This document shows positions 1-13,370 of a stretch of DNA of 64,000 nt, one piece after another. Positions within the stretch are counted from its first letter, which is position 1; each line of letters opens with the position of its first letter. Origin of the DNA: Eledone cirrhosa (lineage: Eukaryota); the NCBI GenBank assembly GCA_964016885.1, contig OZ024765.1, positions 3,534,001 to 3,598,000 on the forward strand. The letters are read 5' to 3'. The notes below the pieces were generated by a model, which saw only the letters and a list, made by a program, of their open reading frames with translations, made no database searches and had not been told where the DNA came from. The position numbers and the translations under genes are program-made.

Positions 1-134
1 ATAGAGAGAGAGAGAGAGAGATATATAGATATTTATTTTTATTTTTTTAACTAATATATATATATATTTATTTTTTCAGAAATAATTGTTTCTACTTCAG
101 GGCACAAGCAGTGTCGGGTTTAAGACAAATGAGA

Positions 135-1855
135 GCCTGTACTAGTTTGGTTATGAGGTCCTGTGTTAGTTAAGTTATGAAGCCCTGTGTTAGTTAAGTT
201 ATGAGGTCCTGTGTTAGTTAAGTTATGAGAGCCTGTGTTAGTTAAGTTATAAGACCCCGTGTTAGTTAAATTATGAGACCCTGTGTTAGTTAAGTTATGA
301 GAGCCTGTGTTAGTTAAGTTATGAGACCCCGTGTTAGTTAAATTATGAGGTCCTGTGTTAGTTAAGTTATGAGAGCCTGTGTTAGTTAAGTTATGAGGTC
401 CTGTGTTAGTTAAATTATGAGACCCTGTGTTAGTTAAGTTATGAAGCCCTGTGTTAGTTAAGTTATGAGGTCCTGTGTTAGTTAAGTTATGAGGTCCTGT
501 GTTAGTTAAGTTATGAGGTCCTGTGTTAGTTAAGTTATGAGGTCCTGTGTTAGTTAAGTTATGAAGCCCTGTGTTAGTTAAGTTATGAGAGCCTGTGTTA
601 GTTAAGTTATGAGACCCCGTGTTAGTTAAATTATGAGACCCTGTGTTAGTTAAGTTATGAAGCCCTGTGTTAGTTAAGTTATGAGGTCCTGTGTTAGTTA
701 AGTTATGAGGTCCTGTGTTAGTTAAGTTATGAGGTCCTGTGTTAGTTAAGTTATGAGGTCCTGTGTTAGTTAAGTTATGAAGCCCTGTGTTAGTTAAGTT
801 ATGAGACCCCGTGTTAGTTAAGTTATGAGAGCCCGTGTTAGTTAAGTTATGAGGTCCTGTGTTAGTTAAGTTATGAGGTCCTGTGTTAGTTAAGTTATGA
901 GACCCCGTGTTAGTTAAGTTATGAGGTCCTGTGTTAGTTAAGTTATGAGACCCCGTGTTAGTTAAATTATGAGACCCCGTGTTAGTTAAGTTATGAGGTC
1001 CTGTGTTAGTTAAGTTATGAGACCCCGTGTTAGTTAAGTTATGAGAGCCTGTGTTAGTTAAGTTATGAGGCCCTGTGTTAGTTAAGTTATGAAGCCCTGT
1101 GTTAGTTAAGTTATGAGAGCCCGTGTTAGTTAAGTTATGAGGTCCTGTGTTAGTTAAGTTATGAAGCCCTGTGTTAGTTAAGTTATGAGAGCCTGTGTTA
1201 GTTAAGTTATGAGGCCCTGTGTTAGTTAAGTTATGAGACTCCGTGTTAGTTAAGTTATGAGAGCCTGTGTTAGTTAAGTTATGAGAGCCTGTGTTAGTTA
1301 AGTTATGAGGCCCTGTGTTAGTTAAGTTATGAGGTCCTGTGTTAGTTAAGTTATGAGAGCCTGTGTTAGTTAAGTTATGAAGCCCTGTGTTAGTTAAGTT
1401 ATGAGGTCCTGTGTTAGTTAAGTTATGAGAGCCTGTGTTAGTTAAGTTATGAGAGCCTGTGTTAGTTAAGTTATGAGGCCCTGTGTTAGTTAAGTTATGA
1501 GAGCCTGTGTTAGTTAAGTTATGAGAGCCTGTGTTAGTTAAGTTATGAGAGCCTGTGTTAGTTAAGTTATGAGGTCCTGTGTTAGTTAAGTTATGAGGTC
1601 CTGTGTTAGTTAAGTTATGAGGTCCTGTGTTAGTTAAGTTATGAGAGCCTGTGTTAGTTAAGTTATGAGAGCCTGTGTTAGTTAAGTTATGAGGTCCTGT
1701 GTTAGTTATGAGACCCTGTACTAGTTGGGTTATGAGACCCTGTTTTAGTCAAGTTATGAGACCCTGTACTAGTTAGGTTACGATGTCCTGTGCTAGTTAT
1801 GAGACCCTGTGTTAGTTAAATTATGAGGTTATGTGTTAGTAAGTTATGAGGTCCC
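135..1855. repeat. 24-bp minisatellite (GTTAGTTAAGTTATGA + variable GGTCC/AGCCC/GAGCC/GACCC + TGT), about 70 copies
   Basis: Direct 24-nt periodicity (e.g. GTGTTAG at 163 and 187); ends are degenerate. Confidence 0.97.
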
Positions 1856-1929
1856 TTACCTGAAAAACATTTGAAAATTCATCGTAAAAATGTTTTGGAC
1901 AGGAAGATGCCAGCCCCCCCCCCCCCCTG

Positions 1930-2285
1930 TGTAGCTCGGAGATCAGAGAGAGAGTCACTCCAGGTAGAGCTGCTACTTCTCCGATATAATGGACATGGGG
2001 TTAGATTGTCTCAACAAAGAATCGTAGGAGATATTTGTAGCTCAGAGATCAGAGTCGCCCCAGGTAGAGCTGCTACTTCTCAGAATTGAGAGATCACAGC
2101 TCTGATACTATGGACATGTGGTTAGAATGTCTCAGGAAAGAATCTCTGGACACTGTTTTACGGGCAAAACCAACCAGCAGGAGACCCAGGGGTAGACCCT
2201 GAGCAAGATGGTTGGATAACATCCATGAGCTTGGCTGGTCTTGCTTGGGGATCCAGCCGGATCAGTTGGAGACAGTTGCATCTAA
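1930..2285 (+). mobile_element. RTE-clade LINE, 3' ORF remnant
   Basis: Translates to ...VELLLLR..YGHVVRMSQER...RAKPTSRRPRGRP*ARWLDNIHELGWSCLGIQPDQLETVAS, typical of the RTE C-terminus (GH+.RM...RPRGRP..RW.D). Contains stops. Confidence 0.8.
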
Positions 2286-2873
2286 CAACAACAACAGCAG
2301 CAGCAGCAACAACAACAACGGCGCCGGCGACGACGACGACGACGACGACAAGAAGAAGAAGAAGAAGAAGAAGAAGAAGAAGAAGAAGAAGAAGAAGAAG
2401 AAGAGAAGAAGAAGAAGTTAGAGAGATTTATGTAAAAATACCACCGCCATATTTCTCGTCTTTACTTGTCTTTCTTTTATCTTCGAAAGTCCGCCATTTT
2501 GAACGATCTTAAAACACCGTTTGTCTGTTTATTCTTTTGTTGTTTTTTTTCCTTGTAAATCATTAACATATCTTTCATCTTTCTCACTCAATTCACCATG
2601 GCATGATTTCACCTTTTATAGTAATACATATATATATGTATATATATAAAATTTAAAGGGTATATATACATATATATATAAATTAGACAAAGCCATAGAT
2701 ACATATATATATATGTTTTTGGCAACCATTCACGGTGTGGCTCAATGAAGAATTAATTAAATAATTAATAATCAGAGCAATATATAAAAATGTAAGTCCA
2801 AAGAATCATTAGATAAAATATATACAGTATTTCCTCTCCAAATCAGTATAAATCAACCACACACAAAACAAAT

Positions 2874-3038
2874 CATTTAAAGAAGGCTATAAGTTTAAAA
2901 TGCACTTATGAAGACATTTAAAGAAGGCTATAAGTTTAAAATGCACTTATGAAGACATTTAAAGAAGGCTATAAGTTTAAAATGCACTTATGAAGACATT
3001 TAAAGAAGGCTATAAGTTTAAAATGCACTTATGAAGAC
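2874..3038. repeat. 41-bp tandem repeat x4
   Basis: CATTTAAAGAAGGCTATAAGTTTAAAATGCACTTATGAAGA repeated four times. Confidence 0.95.
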
Positions 3039-3591
3039 TTATGTGTGTCTGTGTTTATACGTGGTGTGGATGTAGGTGGCGTGGTTCGAAAAAGAATCTG
3101 ACTGTTTGTTCGTGGGTAAGTTCCTAAGATAGTTCCGTGGAGTGTGCGATAAGATGTTGGATATTTCTCATGTTATAAAGTGGATAGTTGGAACGATGAC
3201 CGGTGGTGTGAAATCCATTTGTGGTGGTGATGCGGAAGTGGAGAGATGTGGGGGTGCGCGCGCAATAGGAAGTGGTCAGAGGGTCAAGGCAGGGTGAAGA
3301 GATAGCAGTAGAGGAGAATGACAGGTGAAGAAATGGTCTGTATGTGGTGAAGACGGAGGTGCGGTGGACAGGGGAGAGGGATGGGTTGGTGTGAAAGGTG
3401 GAGGGGGAAGGTGGTGATGTCGAGGGATGGGGTGTATATTAGTGGAGGTGTTATGGGATGTGTGTGTGTGCGTGTGTGAAGAGGTGTAAGTGGAGCGGGG
3501 AGAGAGAGAGAAAAGGTGTTGGTGACGGAGCATATATATATATACATATATATAATATATAAGATCAAAAGATGGTTAAAAGAGTTCCATG

Positions 3592-3662
3592 TATTTTATT
3601 ATGCGCATTTCAAAAACAAATATCATCATGCGATGACATTTGCGTTTTCGTCAGATAAAATA
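3592..3662 (-). ncRNA. Type I hammerhead ribozyme, family A
   Basis: Reverse complement of the 3735-3805 motif. Confidence 0.85.
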
Positions 3663-3734
3663 GGGAGGCATGATATGAAGGTTAAAAAACTGCACTATTC
3701 ATAAGTGTTTTTTAACCTTCATATCATGTCTTCC

Positions 3735-3805
3735 TATTTTATCTGACGAAAACGCAAATGTCATCGCATGATGATATTTGTTTTTGAAATGCGCATAATA
3801 AAATA
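3735..3805 (+). ncRNA. Type I hammerhead ribozyme, family A
   Basis: TATTTTAT-CTGACGA-[stem II AAACGCAAATGTCATC/GATGATATTTGTTTTT]-GAAA-T(GCGC)A-TA^ATAAAATA. Perfect 8-bp stem I, AUA triplet. Confidence 0.88.
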
Positions 3806-3928
3806 CATGGAACTCTTTTAACCATCTTTTGATCTTATATATTATATATACTCCAGTCCTACAAGATGTAGAGTGCTACTTATCCGATATCTGCATTGCT
3901 TTATTGTACTACAATAAAACTCACCTCC

Positions 3929-3960
<32 letters not shown>

Positions 3961-4165
3961 GGACACTGGAATAGTTCCTTTATTTTCCTCGGATGAAGAG
4001 ATATTAATCTCAAAATATCAGGACATGTGAATAAATTAAAGTAAAAAAAAAAACAAGCCCTATTTCTTACGATTTAATTATTCTCCGTCCAAACCCACAT
4101 TATCGTGGCTGTCAAACTTCGAATTTCTTTATACCAGATACAATGCTTCAAGTAAACTACAAATT

Positions 4166-4223
<58 letters not shown>

Positions 4224-4302
4224 AGGGTAAATATTGATGCAATTCAATTCAAGCACTCAACGTACTTTTTCCACATAGGAGTGACGGAGTAAATATATAT
4301 AT

Positions 4303-4470
4303 AGAAGAGGAAGACCAAGGTTAACATATGTTGATGCCCTAAGGACAGACACTGGTCTGTTGGAGATGCAGGATATGGCAGCGATAATGAGGGACAGAGA
4401 CCGCTGGAGAGAACTCGTCCATGGATCTCGGGAATTTTACCCGCCTTAGATAGATAGATAGATAGATAGA
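4303..4470 (+). mobile_element. RTE-like LINE 3' end with (TAGA)n tail
   Basis: RRGRPRLTYVDALRTDTGLLEMQDMAAIMRDRDRWRELVHGSREFYPP*. Second copy at 34040-34210 (-). Confidence 0.75.
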
Positions 4471-4522
4471 TATAGTAATAATAAATGTGAAGACTAAAAT
4501 CCGAAGAGGGCTCGATAAGGAT

Positions 4523-4593
<71 letters not shown>

Positions 4594-4641
4594 ATATATA
4601 TAATCTCGTTGAGCAAATATCTGAAACTCAAGATCCCGATT

Positions 4642-4687
4642 CAGAAGATCCCGTTAAGGGTGAAAGCAGTGATTCTTTGCTTAAACT
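4642..4687 (+). ncRNA. HHR-like motif with CAGAAGA core, family M
   Basis: CAGAAGA-TCCC(GTTAA)GGGT-GAAA-GCA...TGC-TT^AAACT. Copies at 48186 and 56643. Confidence 0.55.
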
Positions 4688-4697
4688 TTAATCTGTT

Positions 4698-4757
<60 letters not shown>

Positions 4758-5329
4758 ACAACTTAAGCCACAAAATCTTTCTCTCTCCCCTTGGAAGAAG
4801 CCGGCTGTATTCAGACCTGGTGAGGTTTAAAATGCCCAAGACTCAACATCGTTACGAAGGCGTCCCTACGACTCTAACAAGAGCCAAGCTATATATATAC
4901 ATTCATTACCAGCTTTACACGAGCTTGGACGTAGGCTAAATGGACACAAAGAATATGTTTATTTTTATAAAATAGCAAGTGATGTAATAAACAGTATTTT
5001 GTTTTGTATCGTGTGTAATGTAAGGTGTCCGTCTATTTACACAGAGATCTTTGTCTAATCACACAAAAGGTGAGGTAGGGTGAAGAAAAAGGGTGGCGGA
5101 GGGGCATTTAGTTTACTTTATAATCACAGGTAAAATTAGGTGAAGTTATTTATGAACCCGTGGAACGCCTAGCAGCGCTTTGTGCTTTAGTTATATAAAT
5201 CATTTGTATAGAATAAACAGTGACATTGTCATGCGACCTCAGCCAAAAGAAACTCAACGATAAATCTTCCCGTAGGTCTATCGTTCGTTGCATTGTCTAG
5301 TCTAGATCGTGGACATTTATAATTGAGTC

Positions 5330-5695
5330 TCTGGCTATGACATCTGGATAGGAGAGCTCACAACATCTTTGGCTCTTGACAGACGTTGGTTTCCGATCCA
5401 CGTATGTCTGTAGCTCAATGTATTGCCTTGATCCTGGCTATGGCATCTGGATAAGAGAGCTCACAGATGTTGATTTCCGTAGATCATAGCGTTGTAGCTA
5501 TGACATCTGGATAAGAGAGCTCACAACATCTTTGGCTTTTAACATGTTTTGTAGCTCAATGTATTGTCTTGATCCTGGCTATAGCATCTGGATAAGAGAG
5601 CTCACAGATGTTGCTTTCCGTAGATCATAGCGTTGTAGCTATGACATCTGGATAAGAGAGCTCACATCATCTTTGGATTTCAACAGATGTTGGGT
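5330..5695. repeat. Degenerate tandem repeat with core GCTATGACATCTGGATAAGAGAGCTCACA
   Basis: Core recurs five times with two alternating spacer types. Confidence 0.85.
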
Positions 5696-5805
5696 TTGCA
5701 ATGACAGTGACATGCAAATATCAGCCCCTTCTTTCGAACAATATCAGAAATACAAGGGAGACAATCATGAGAGCCAGACTTTACAGTAACGTTAGTCAAT
5801 AGTGT

Positions 5806-7775
5806 GTAACTCGGGGATCAGAGAGTCACTCTAGGTAGAGCTGCTACTTCTCTGAATTGAGAGATCACGGCTTCGATATTATGGGTATGTCGTTAGAATG
5901 TCTCAGGAGAAAAATCACTGGACATATTTGTAGCTTGGAGATCAGCGAGTCACTCCAGGTAGAGTTGCTACTTCTCTGAATTGAGAGATCACAGCTCTGA
6001 TACTATGGACATGTGGTTAGAATGTCTCAGGAAAGAATCACTGGACATATTTGTAGCTCGGAGATCAGAGAGTCACTCCAGGTAGAGCTGCTACTTCTCT
6101 GAATTGAGAGATCACGGCTTCGATATTATGGGTATGTCGTTAGAATGTCTCAGGAGAAAAATCACTAGACATATTTGTAGCATGGAGATCAGAGAGTCAC
6201 TCCAGGTAGAGTTGCTACTTCTCTGAATTGAGAGATCACAGCTCTGATACTATGGACATGTGGTTAGAATGTCTCAGGAAAGAATCACTGGACATATTTG
6301 TAGCTTGGAGATCAGAGAGTCACTCCAGGTAGAGCTGCTACTTCTCTGAATTGAGAGATCACAGCTCTGATACTATGGACATGTGGTTAGAATGTCTCAG
6401 GAGAGAATCACTGGACATATTTGTAGCTTGGAGATCAGAGAGTCACTCCAGGTAGAGCTGCTACTTCTCTGAATTGAGAGACCACAGCTCTGATACTATG
6501 GACATGTGATTAGAATGTCTCAGGAAAGAATCACTGGAGATATTTGTAGCTGGGAGATCAGAGAGTCACTCCAGGTAGAGCTGCTACTTCTCTGAATTGA
6601 GAGATCACAGCTCTGATACTATGGACATGTAGTTAGAATGTCTCAGGAAAGAATCACTGGAGATATTTGTAGCTCGGAGATAAGAGAGTCACTCCAGGTA
6701 GAGCTGCTACTTCTCTGAATTGAGAGATCACAGCTCTGATACTATGGACATGTGGTTAGAATGTCTCAGGAGAGAATCACTGGACATATTTGTAGCTTGG
6801 AGATCAGAGAGTCACTCCAGGTAGAGCTGCTACTTCTCTGAATTGAGAGACCACAGCTCTGATACTATGGACATGTGATTAGAATGTCTCAGGAAAGAAT
6901 CACTGGAGATATTTGTAGCTGGGAGATCAGAGAGTCACTCCAGGTAGAGCTGCTACTTCTCTGAATTGAGAGATCACAGCTCTGATACTATGGACATGTG
7001 GTTAGAATGTCTCAGGAAAGAATCACTGGAGATATTTGTAGCTGGGAGATCAGAGAGTCACTCCAGGTAGAGCTGCTACTTCTCTGAATTGAGAGATCAC
7101 AGCTCTGATACTATGGACATGTGGTTAGAATGTCTCAGGAGAGAATCACTGGACATATTTGTAGCTTGGAGATCAGAGAGTCACTCCAGGTAGAGCTGCT
7201 ACTTCTCTGAATTGAGAGACCACAGCTCTGATACTATGGACATGTGATTAGAATGTCTCAGGAAAGAATCACTGGAGATATTTGTAGCTGGGAGATCAGA
7301 GAGTCACTCCAGGTAGAGCTGCTACTTCTCTGAATTGAGAGATCACAGCTCTGATACTATGGACATGTGGTTAGAATGTCTCAGGAAAGAATCACTGGAG
7401 ATATTTGTAGCTGGGAGATCAGAGAGTCACTCCAGGTAGAGCTGCTACTTCTCTGAATTGAGAGATCACAGCTCTGATACTATGGACATGTGGTTAGAAT
7501 GTCTCAGGAAAGAATCGCTGGACAGATTTGTAGCTAAGAGATCAAAGAGTCACTCCAGGTAGAGCTGCTACTTCTCTGAATTGAGAGATCACAGCTCTGA
7601 TACTATGGACATGTGGTTAGAATGTCTCAGGAAAGAATCACTGGAGATATTTGTAGCTTGGAGATCAGAGAGTCACTCCAGGTAGAGCTGCTACTTCTCT
7701 GAATTGAGAGACCACAGCTCTGATACTATGGACATGTGGTTAGAATGTCTCAAGAAAGAATCACTGGACAGATTT
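5806..7775 (+). repeat. 123-bp satellite (about 16 copies) amplified from RTE LINE coding sequence
   Basis: Units start at 6176, 6299 and 6422 (123-nt period). Unit matches the RTE fragment at 2037-2155. Confidence 0.93.
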
Positions 7776-7945
7776 TATTGACAAACCAACAGGCAGGAGA
7801 TCCAGGGATAGACCCCGATCAAAATCACTCTTGGGGATCCAGCCGGATCAGTTGGAGATGGTTGCTTCAGACAGGACCCGCTGGAAGGAGTGATTGAGGA
7901 CTCTTGCCCCAGGACACTCACAGGAATAAGTGGGCGAAGAAGTTT
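7776..7945 (+). mobile_element. RTE LINE 3' end continuing from the satellite
   Basis: CAAACCAACAGGCAGGAGATCCAGGG...GGGGATCCAGCCGGATCAGTTGGAGA is homologous to 2165-2280. Confidence 0.75.
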
Positions 7946-8058
7946 ACACTCTACCTTACTCACTCTGGTTACCCCCGATTGATCCCGGGACTCACACACA
8001 CGCGCGCACGCACACACACACACACAGACACACACACGCGCACACACGCGCACACACA

Positions 8059-8154
<96 letters not shown>

Positions 8155-8170
8155 GACACACACAGACACG

Positions 8171-8264
<94 letters not shown>

Positions 8265-8428
8265 TATATATATATCTATAATAATTATATAAGTAAAGGG
8301 AATATTTAATTTGTTGGTAATTCAACAAATATATATATTTATAACAGATTCGAAGCACTCGACAAGTTTTCTGGAGTATAATATCAATGATATTAAATAA
8401 ATGGAAACTATATTTATAAAACCATATT

Positions 8429-8491
8429 TATTCTATTATATATATTTCAAGGGTACCAAAAAACTTTGGTACGCTCTCATCAGATAAAATA
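8429..8491 (-). ncRNA. Type I HHR, family D
   Basis: rc: TATTTTAT-CTGATGA-GAGCGTACCAAAG..TTGGTACCCTT-GAAA-T(ATAT)A-TA^ATAGAATA. Confidence 0.82.
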
Positions 8492-9910
8492 CAAAGTTTG
8501 TGTTTATAAATATTGACATATCCAGGAAGATCTTAACAGTTCACGTTTTTCCTGGATATAATAATTATATAGATATAACTGCATATACACATGCATTCAT
8601 ATACATATATGTGTGTATGTCTATACATACATAACGCCATACATATAGTGACACAGATATCCGCATACACACATAGATACACACACACATACATAAGAGG
8701 CAAACACACATACATAAGATACACACACACACACTTATATACACCTACATAGACATACAGTGACGCAAATACACACACATATACATACACATACAATGAC
8801 ACAGATACATATATACACACACATACATAGCCTCGTACACACAGTAACAGACACATACACACATACATATACACACGCATGCACAGACACATACATACAC
8901 AGACACACATACATACACACATATACAAACACAGACACACATACATACAGACACACATATACATACACAGACACACCTACATATACACATATACAAACAC
9001 AGACACACATACATACACAGAGACACAGATACACATATACACACACATACAGACATATACATACACCCATACAAAGACACACATACACATACACAGTACC
9101 ATACACACACAAATACACATAGACAGTACCATACACACACAGATACACATACACACACACACAAATACACAGTACCATACACACGCACACAAATACACAT
9201 ACACAGTACCACACACACACACACAAATACACATACACAGTACCATACACACACACACAAATACACATACACAGTACCATACACACACACACAAATACAC
9301 ATACACAGTACCATACACACACACACAAATACACATACACAGTACCATACACACACACGCAAATACACATACACAGTACCATACACACGCACACAAATAC
9401 ACATACACAGTACCATACACACGCACACAAATACACATACACAGTACCATACACACACACAAATACACATACACAGTACCATACACACACACACAAATAC
9501 ACATACACAGTACCATACACACACACAGTACCAAAAACACACACACACACAGATACACATACACATACACAGTACCATACACATACACATTACCATACAC
9601 ACACACACACGCACACATACACACCACCCCCAACGTCGCCAACCAAAAGACTAACACCACTAAAGGGCGGTTGCCATGGTAATGAACTTTTGAACCTTCC
9701 CCCCCTCCCATTGATCATTTCAACAGACCCAGCCGCCGCAGCCGCTCAAATTAAAACTCTGCACCACGTGGTTATAATATATATATTATATATACAGCAC
9801 TACTACTACTGCTTCTACTACTGCTGCTGCCATTACTACTACTACTGCTACTGCTACTACTACTACTACTACTGCTTCTACTACTGCTGCTGCCATTACT
9901 ACTACTACTG

Positions 9911-9942
<32 letters not shown>

Positions 9943-9991
9943 GCTACTGCTACTACTACTACTACTGCTACTACTACTGCTGCTGCTATTA

Positions 9992-10023
<32 letters not shown>

Positions 10024-10025
10024 AT

Positions 10026-10085
<60 letters not shown>

Positions 10086-10295
10086 CACCACAATTATAAT
10101 AAACCACTGAAGCGCTATTCTTCTAGAAATGGTAGCCAAATCTACCTGACAAGGTGTAGTAGTGGTGGTAGTAGTAGTAGTAGTGGTAGTAATAGTAGTA
10201 AAGTTCAAATATACTCGTGTATTAGTCGCACATGGAATATCTAACATTCTCAGAAGGCCGATTGCCAGGACGGACCCTAAAACACATTTGCTCAC

Positions 10296-10672
10296 AATAA
10301 TTGTTTCTACGTTAGGCACAAGGCCAGCAATTTCTCAGTGTATTACTGGTACTTTATTTTATCGACCCCGTAAGGATGAAAGGCAAAGTTAACCTCGGCG
10401 GGATTTGAACTCAGAATGGCAAGGGCCGTAACTCTTTGCTACAAAGCATGGCGTCCGACTCTCTACCAGTACTGCCAATCCCTACAATAATTGTTTCTAT
10501 TTTAGGCACAGGGCCAGCAATTACGCAGTACATTACTGGTACTTTATTTTATCGACCCCGTAAGGATGAAAGGCAAAGTTAACCTCGGCGGGATTTGAAC
10601 TCAGATCATAAAGGGACGTAACTCTATGCTTCAAAGCATGGTGTCCGACTCTCTACCGATACTGCCAATCCA
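10296..10672 (-). mobile_element. Two tandem tRNA-derived SINEs (octopus-type family 1)
   Basis: rc has A-box-like TGGCAGTA(T/C)..GG, B-box GAGTTCAAATCC and 3' GTAGAAACAATTATT tail. Confidence 0.88.
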
Positions 10673-10789
10673 CGCACAATAATGAGAGACGGAGGCCGTG
10701 ACAGTGAGGGTTTGGTTCCTTTGTGTTAGGACCTGGTGTAGATGTGTTGCACATAACCAACGTGGAGGAATTTAACATAACTTCCTATA

Positions 10790-11030
10790 TCAGTATGGAC
10801 ATGTGGTTAGAATGTATAAGGATAGAGACCCTGGGTTAAACTCCTGAGCAAAACGCTTGGATCACATTTTTATGAACTCAAGAAGAATCCCCTAGATAGA
10901 TCTTACGGGCAAAACCAATCGGCAGGAAACCCAGGGGTTGACCCAGCACGAGCAAGATGGTTGGATAACATCCATGAGCTTGGCTGGTCTTGTTTGGAAA
11001 TCCAGTCGGATCAGTTGGGGACAGTTGCAA
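10790..11030 (+). mobile_element. RTE LINE 3' fragment
   Basis: Homologous to 2110-2280 (GGACATGTGGTTAGAATG...GAGCAAGATGGTTGGATAACATCCATGAGCTTGGCTGG). Confidence 0.78.
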
Positions 11031-12238
11031 AGAAGGAGACGGAATACGTGAAAAAGAAAGAAAGGTGGTTAAAATGAGGGATATTTAACTGCTATTGTTA
11101 GTAGATCAAACAGTGAAGGGACTCCCACAAGGGTTCACACTAATTAGCTACTTGCTAGAATGTTCTGGGCTTAAATCCATATGGGAGTCATTTTGTCTAT
11201 TTACTCCCCTCCCGGGACCGATAGGAAGAACGGAAATAAAAACTTCCAGCTAAGTAGACTGATTACTACTTGCGGTTTAAACTACTACGACTACTACTAC
11301 TACTACTACTACTACTGCTGCTACTACTACTACTACTACTGCTACTACTACTACTACTAATGCTGCTGCTGCTGCTGCTACTACTACTGCTACTACTGCT
11401 GCTACTACTACTATACTACTACTACTACTACTGCTGCGGCTACTACTGCTGCTACTACTACTACTACTGCTGCGGCTACTACTGCTACTACTACTGCTGC
11501 TACTACTACTACTGCTATTGTTACTACTGCTACTACTACTACTACTACTACTGTTCCTGCTGCTACTATCACCACCACCACCACCACCACCGCCACCACC
11601 GCCACCACCACCACCACCACCACCACCACCACCATCACCACCACCACCACCGCCACCATCACCACCACCACTACCACCACCATTGTGGAACATTCCAAAG
11701 GTATCCTCAACAAAATTCCTTCACTGTACACAGAAAGATATTAAGGAGACTAATAGACTGAGGGAGGGGGGAGAGACTGATACATAGAGGGGGAGGGAGA
11801 GAGAGGAGATTGATACAGAGAAAGAGGGAGGGGATTGATGCACAGAGCGAGGGAGAGAGAGAGAGAAATGACAAACAGAGAGTGTGGGAAAGGGACAAAG
11901 AGAGAGCGATGGGGAGAGAGAGAGAAATAGTGAGGGGAAGCAACAGAGAGAGAGAGAAAGAGAGACAGGTTGCTGATGCGTGAAAAGAAGACAAATAACT
12001 AAAACAAAACAATATATATTTTCATTTATATATATGTGTATATATACAAGCACCTAGATATACATACTTATATATACACACACACATATAGATATACATA
12101 TGTATATAAATAAATATATACACACACATATAGATATAAATATATATATATAAATATATATATATAAAAATATATACATATATATAAATATCATAGTATA
12201 GTGGGTGAATAAACAAAAGACATATATATATATATATC

Positions 12239-12288
<50 letters not shown>

Positions 12289-12565
12289 AATGTACACACA
12301 TATATACACACACATATATATATATATAAGTATATATAAGCAATAGAATATAAAATGTGCCCTATCCCTTGTGGCACAGAGGCCAGTGGATGGGTGGGGG
12401 GTGCAGAATGGTAGGGTTCAGATAAGGGTAAGTAGGGTAGGGTGTGTGTGGGGGGGGGGAGAAGAGAGTATCGGTTGGTGGGGTGTTGTTTGTGTCGCTC
12501 TACTACCAACAACATTGAGATTTTATTTTGCACATTCATATATATATATATATATATATATATAC

Positions 12566-12655
<90 letters not shown>

Positions 12656-12656
12656 G

Positions 12657-12689
<33 letters not shown>

Positions 12690-12813
12690 ATCGATATATA
12701 TATATTTATATATATATATATCGATATATATATATATATCGGTGGGGTGGGGGGGGGGGGTGATAGTAGTAGCAATAGCAGCAGCAGTAGTAGTATTAGT
12801 AGTAATAGTAGTA

Positions 12814-12859
<46 letters not shown>

Positions 12860-12889
12860 AGATCAAAAGATGGTTAAAAGAGTTCCATG

Positions 12890-12957
12890 TATTTTATTAT
12901 GCGCATTTCAAAAACAAATATCATGCAATAACATTTGCGTTTTCGTCAGATAAAGTA
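12890..12957 (-). ncRNA. Type I HHR, family A (single arm)
   Basis: rc CTGACGA...GAAATGCGCATA^ATAAAATA, next to (TA)n. Confidence 0.78.
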
Positions 12958-13064
12958 GGGAGACATGATATGAAGGTTAAAAAACACTTGTGAATAGTGC
13001 AGTTTTAAATCAACATATGAAAAGTAGTTTTAGATTGATGAGTGATATTGGGGAAAAAAAAAAA

Positions 13065-13111
<47 letters not shown>

Positions 13112-13370
13112 AAACGGAAAAAATGAAACGAAATATCATTTCCCACTTTTAGTACGGCTGTTACTTAAATATAAGTATGTACACGTACATACATATATGT
13201 ATACAGACGTACAGTAGTATGTATATATATATACATGCACACATATATATATATATGTACGTATGGATTGACCGAACATTTATTATAATGCTCGGTGTGT
13301 TTGTAAACAAACAACCCCCGTATTAAGCTGTAGTGTCTAGCAACCATCGTTGCTCAACACTGACAAAGGA

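Larger units (their letters stand above)
3548..3930. mobile_element. Palindromic HHR-bearing element, family A (PLE-terminus-like)
   Basis: About 150-bp inverted arms centred near 3697, (TA)n on both sides, one HHR per arm. Family recurs at 12852, 16422 and 27793. Confidence 0.75.

Noticed and set aside
135-1855. CRISPR-like constant repeat with variable spacer
   Set aside because: The variable part is only 5-6 nt and reused; eukaryotic context; no cas genes.
3985-4025. CGGATGA-AGAGAT..ATCTC-AAAA HHR-like motif (also rc CTGATGAAGG near 55985)
   Set aside because: Core boxes are mutated or missing; not counted as ribozymes.
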